Made by a program: the position numbers and the translations under genes. Below, one piece after another: positions 62,522 through 64,000 of a DNA stretch of 64,000 nt. The stretch spans positions 128,001-192,000 of the forward strand of contig CAWCFT010000004.1 of assembly GCA_963794945.1 (NCBI GenBank). The letters run 5' to 3'. The DNA comes from Endomicrobiales bacterium. Its GTDB lineage: Bacteria > Elusimicrobiota > Endomicrobiia > Endomicrobiales > CAWCFT01. Positions within the stretch are counted from its first letter, which is position 1; every line of letters begins with the position of its first letter. The notes below the pieces were generated by a model. That model searched no databases and was not told where the DNA came from. It saw only the letters and a list, made by a program, of their open reading frames with translations.

Positions 62522-63664
62522 TCATTTAAGTTTTTCGTCGATCTCCGGCATTAGCTTGCTTATCTCTATGCCCTGAGGGCACTTTTCCTCGCACATTTTG
62601 CACTGTATGCAGGCGCTTGCGCGCTCGCCCTCGGGAAAGAACCTTCCGTATATGAACTTTGAGGAGCCCATATCGTTGTATATAATGCCGTTGTTGTAAA
62701 GCTCGATTATGCCCGGTATGTCTACACCCTGCGGGCACGGCATACAGTAACCGCACTTCGTGCACGGAACGGATGCCCTCTTTAGGAACTCTGAGCGCAC
62801 TTTTTCAAAAAGCTTCATGTCTTCCGGGGAGAGCGGCAGGGTGCTGAGCGAATCGGCCGCGCCGATATTTTCGTCAAGCTGTTCCATCCTGTTCATGCCG
62901 CTGAGCAGCATGCTCACCCCCGGCTGGTTCCACACCCACTGGAGGGCCCACTGCGCCGGCGTCCGTTTTACGGAGTAACCCTCGAAAATCTTGCGCACGT
63001 CCGCGGGCGGGTTGCCGAGCCTTCCGCCGAGCAGCGGCTCCATGACTATGACGGCCAGCCCTTTTGACGCGGCGTAGTTCAGGCCCTCGGTGCCGGCCTG
63101 GTTGTTTGTGTCCATATAGTTGTATTGTAGCTGGCAGAAATCCCATTTGTCGTAACCGTCCACGATGGGTTTAAACGCGCGTCGTCGTCGTGGAACGAAA
63201 ACCCGAGGTGCCTTATCCGTCCGTCCGCGATAGCCTTTTCCGCTTTTTCCAGCAGGCCGAACTTGAGCACTTTATTTTCCCAGCTCTCTTTGCCGACACC
63301 GTGAATGAGGTAAAAATCTATGTGGTCGGTCTTCAGTTTTTTTAACTGTTCATCCAGGAATTTATCGAAATCTCCGGGAGAGGCGATGAACCACAAGGGG
63401 GATTTCGTCGCGAGCTTTACTTTCTCGCGGTAACCGCCCAAGAGCGCTTTGCCGGTTACTACCTCGCTTTGCCCGTTATGGTAAGGGTAGGCCGTGTCAA
63501 TATAATTTACCCCGCGGTCGATAGCGGAATGTATGAGGCGCACCGACGCGTCTTCATCTATCTCGCCGCTCATGGGCTTGTTGTCTTTCGTCGGGCACCG
63601 GCATACAGCCGAACCCGAGCGCCGACACCTGGTAATCAAGTTTTCCGAATTTTCTATACCTCAT
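62522..63664 (-). CDS. aldo/keto reductase with C-terminal 4Fe-4S domain (two frameshifts)
   Basis: MRYRKFGK..SALGFGCM, DTAYPYH, LATK, GFSFH, MEPLLGG, CTKCGYCMPCP, CIQCKMCEEKCPQ. Confidence 0.9.
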
Positions 63665-63750
63665 AATAGCACCTCTCTACCGCCTTTAGAAATATTTTAT
63701 CTATTAAGGAATAAAGAGTCAATCACGGTTTAGTTCGCACGGCCGGCAAG

Positions 63751-63879
63751 TTAACGGCGTTCTTCCCAACGGCCGCCGTCCCGGCCGTATCCTCTCTCTC
63801 TCCAGCCATCACGGCGCCACCAACAGCCTGAAATGCCCGCTATGCTTAAGATCAATAAAAGTACAAATAACTTTTTCAT
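63751..63879 (-). CDS. 42-aa lipoprotein, absent from ORF track
   Basis: AGGAG RBS; MKKLFVLLLILSIAGISG-C WWRRDGWRERGYGRDGGRWEERR. Confidence 0.7.
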   Translation of the reverse strand: MKKLFVLLLILSIAGISGCWWRRDGWRERGYGRDGGRWEERR

Positions 63880-63891
63880 AAACGGCTCCTT

Positions 63892-64000
63892 TTATCGGCT
63901 TTGGTTGTCGAAGTTTTTTCCGACTGGCCTTGCTTTGCCACGGTCGATAACCCGGTACGCGAGCAGTTTCACGCGGTCGTTGAACAGGAACCACACCGAT
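63892..64000 (-). CDS. 3' end of probable plasma-membrane H+-efflux P-type ATPase
   Basis: WFLFNDRVKLLAYR resembles type IIIA P-type ATPase C-terminus; partial. Confidence 0.6.
   Translation of the reverse strand, partial: SVWFLFNDRVKLLAYRVIDRGKARPVGKNFDNQSR

Overview
Bacterial chromosomal window, most likely from an Elusimicrobiota-like diderm anaerobe (inferred from gene content and the variant EF-Tu switch I; not verified). The left two thirds are mainly housekeeping: wecA-like, glyA, tsaC, argJ, argC, rsmI; a DUF4912-GH57-LysM-HD-GYP cluster; aroE-yacL-ispD-ispF-cysS-rlmB; engB; five tRNAs; tuf-rpmG-secE-nusG-rplK-rplA. Accessory genes include an orphan Pycsar-effector-like membrane protein, a secreted C1A protease with a T9SS-like C-terminal domain, an NRAMP/MgtE-domain pair and a kinase/triple-receiver/kinase module that splits the thr-tyr-gly-thr tRNA cluster. 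The right third holds comEC, secreted proteins, a kaiC-kaiB-kaiB locus followed by a PAS kinase and a giant CheB-CheR-multi-PAS kinase, a TonB-dependent receptor and redox genes. About 18 small frameshifts, some in essential genes, point to long-read consensus errors rather than pseudogenes. The most unusual signals are a family of heptamer-periodic inverted-repeat spacers at about 11 gene junctions, several nested palindromic MITE/REP-like families, a structured leader before DUF4912, an in-frame TAG in DUF4912, and the KaiA-less Kai-kinase circuit. All family calls come from motif recognition only; no searches were run.
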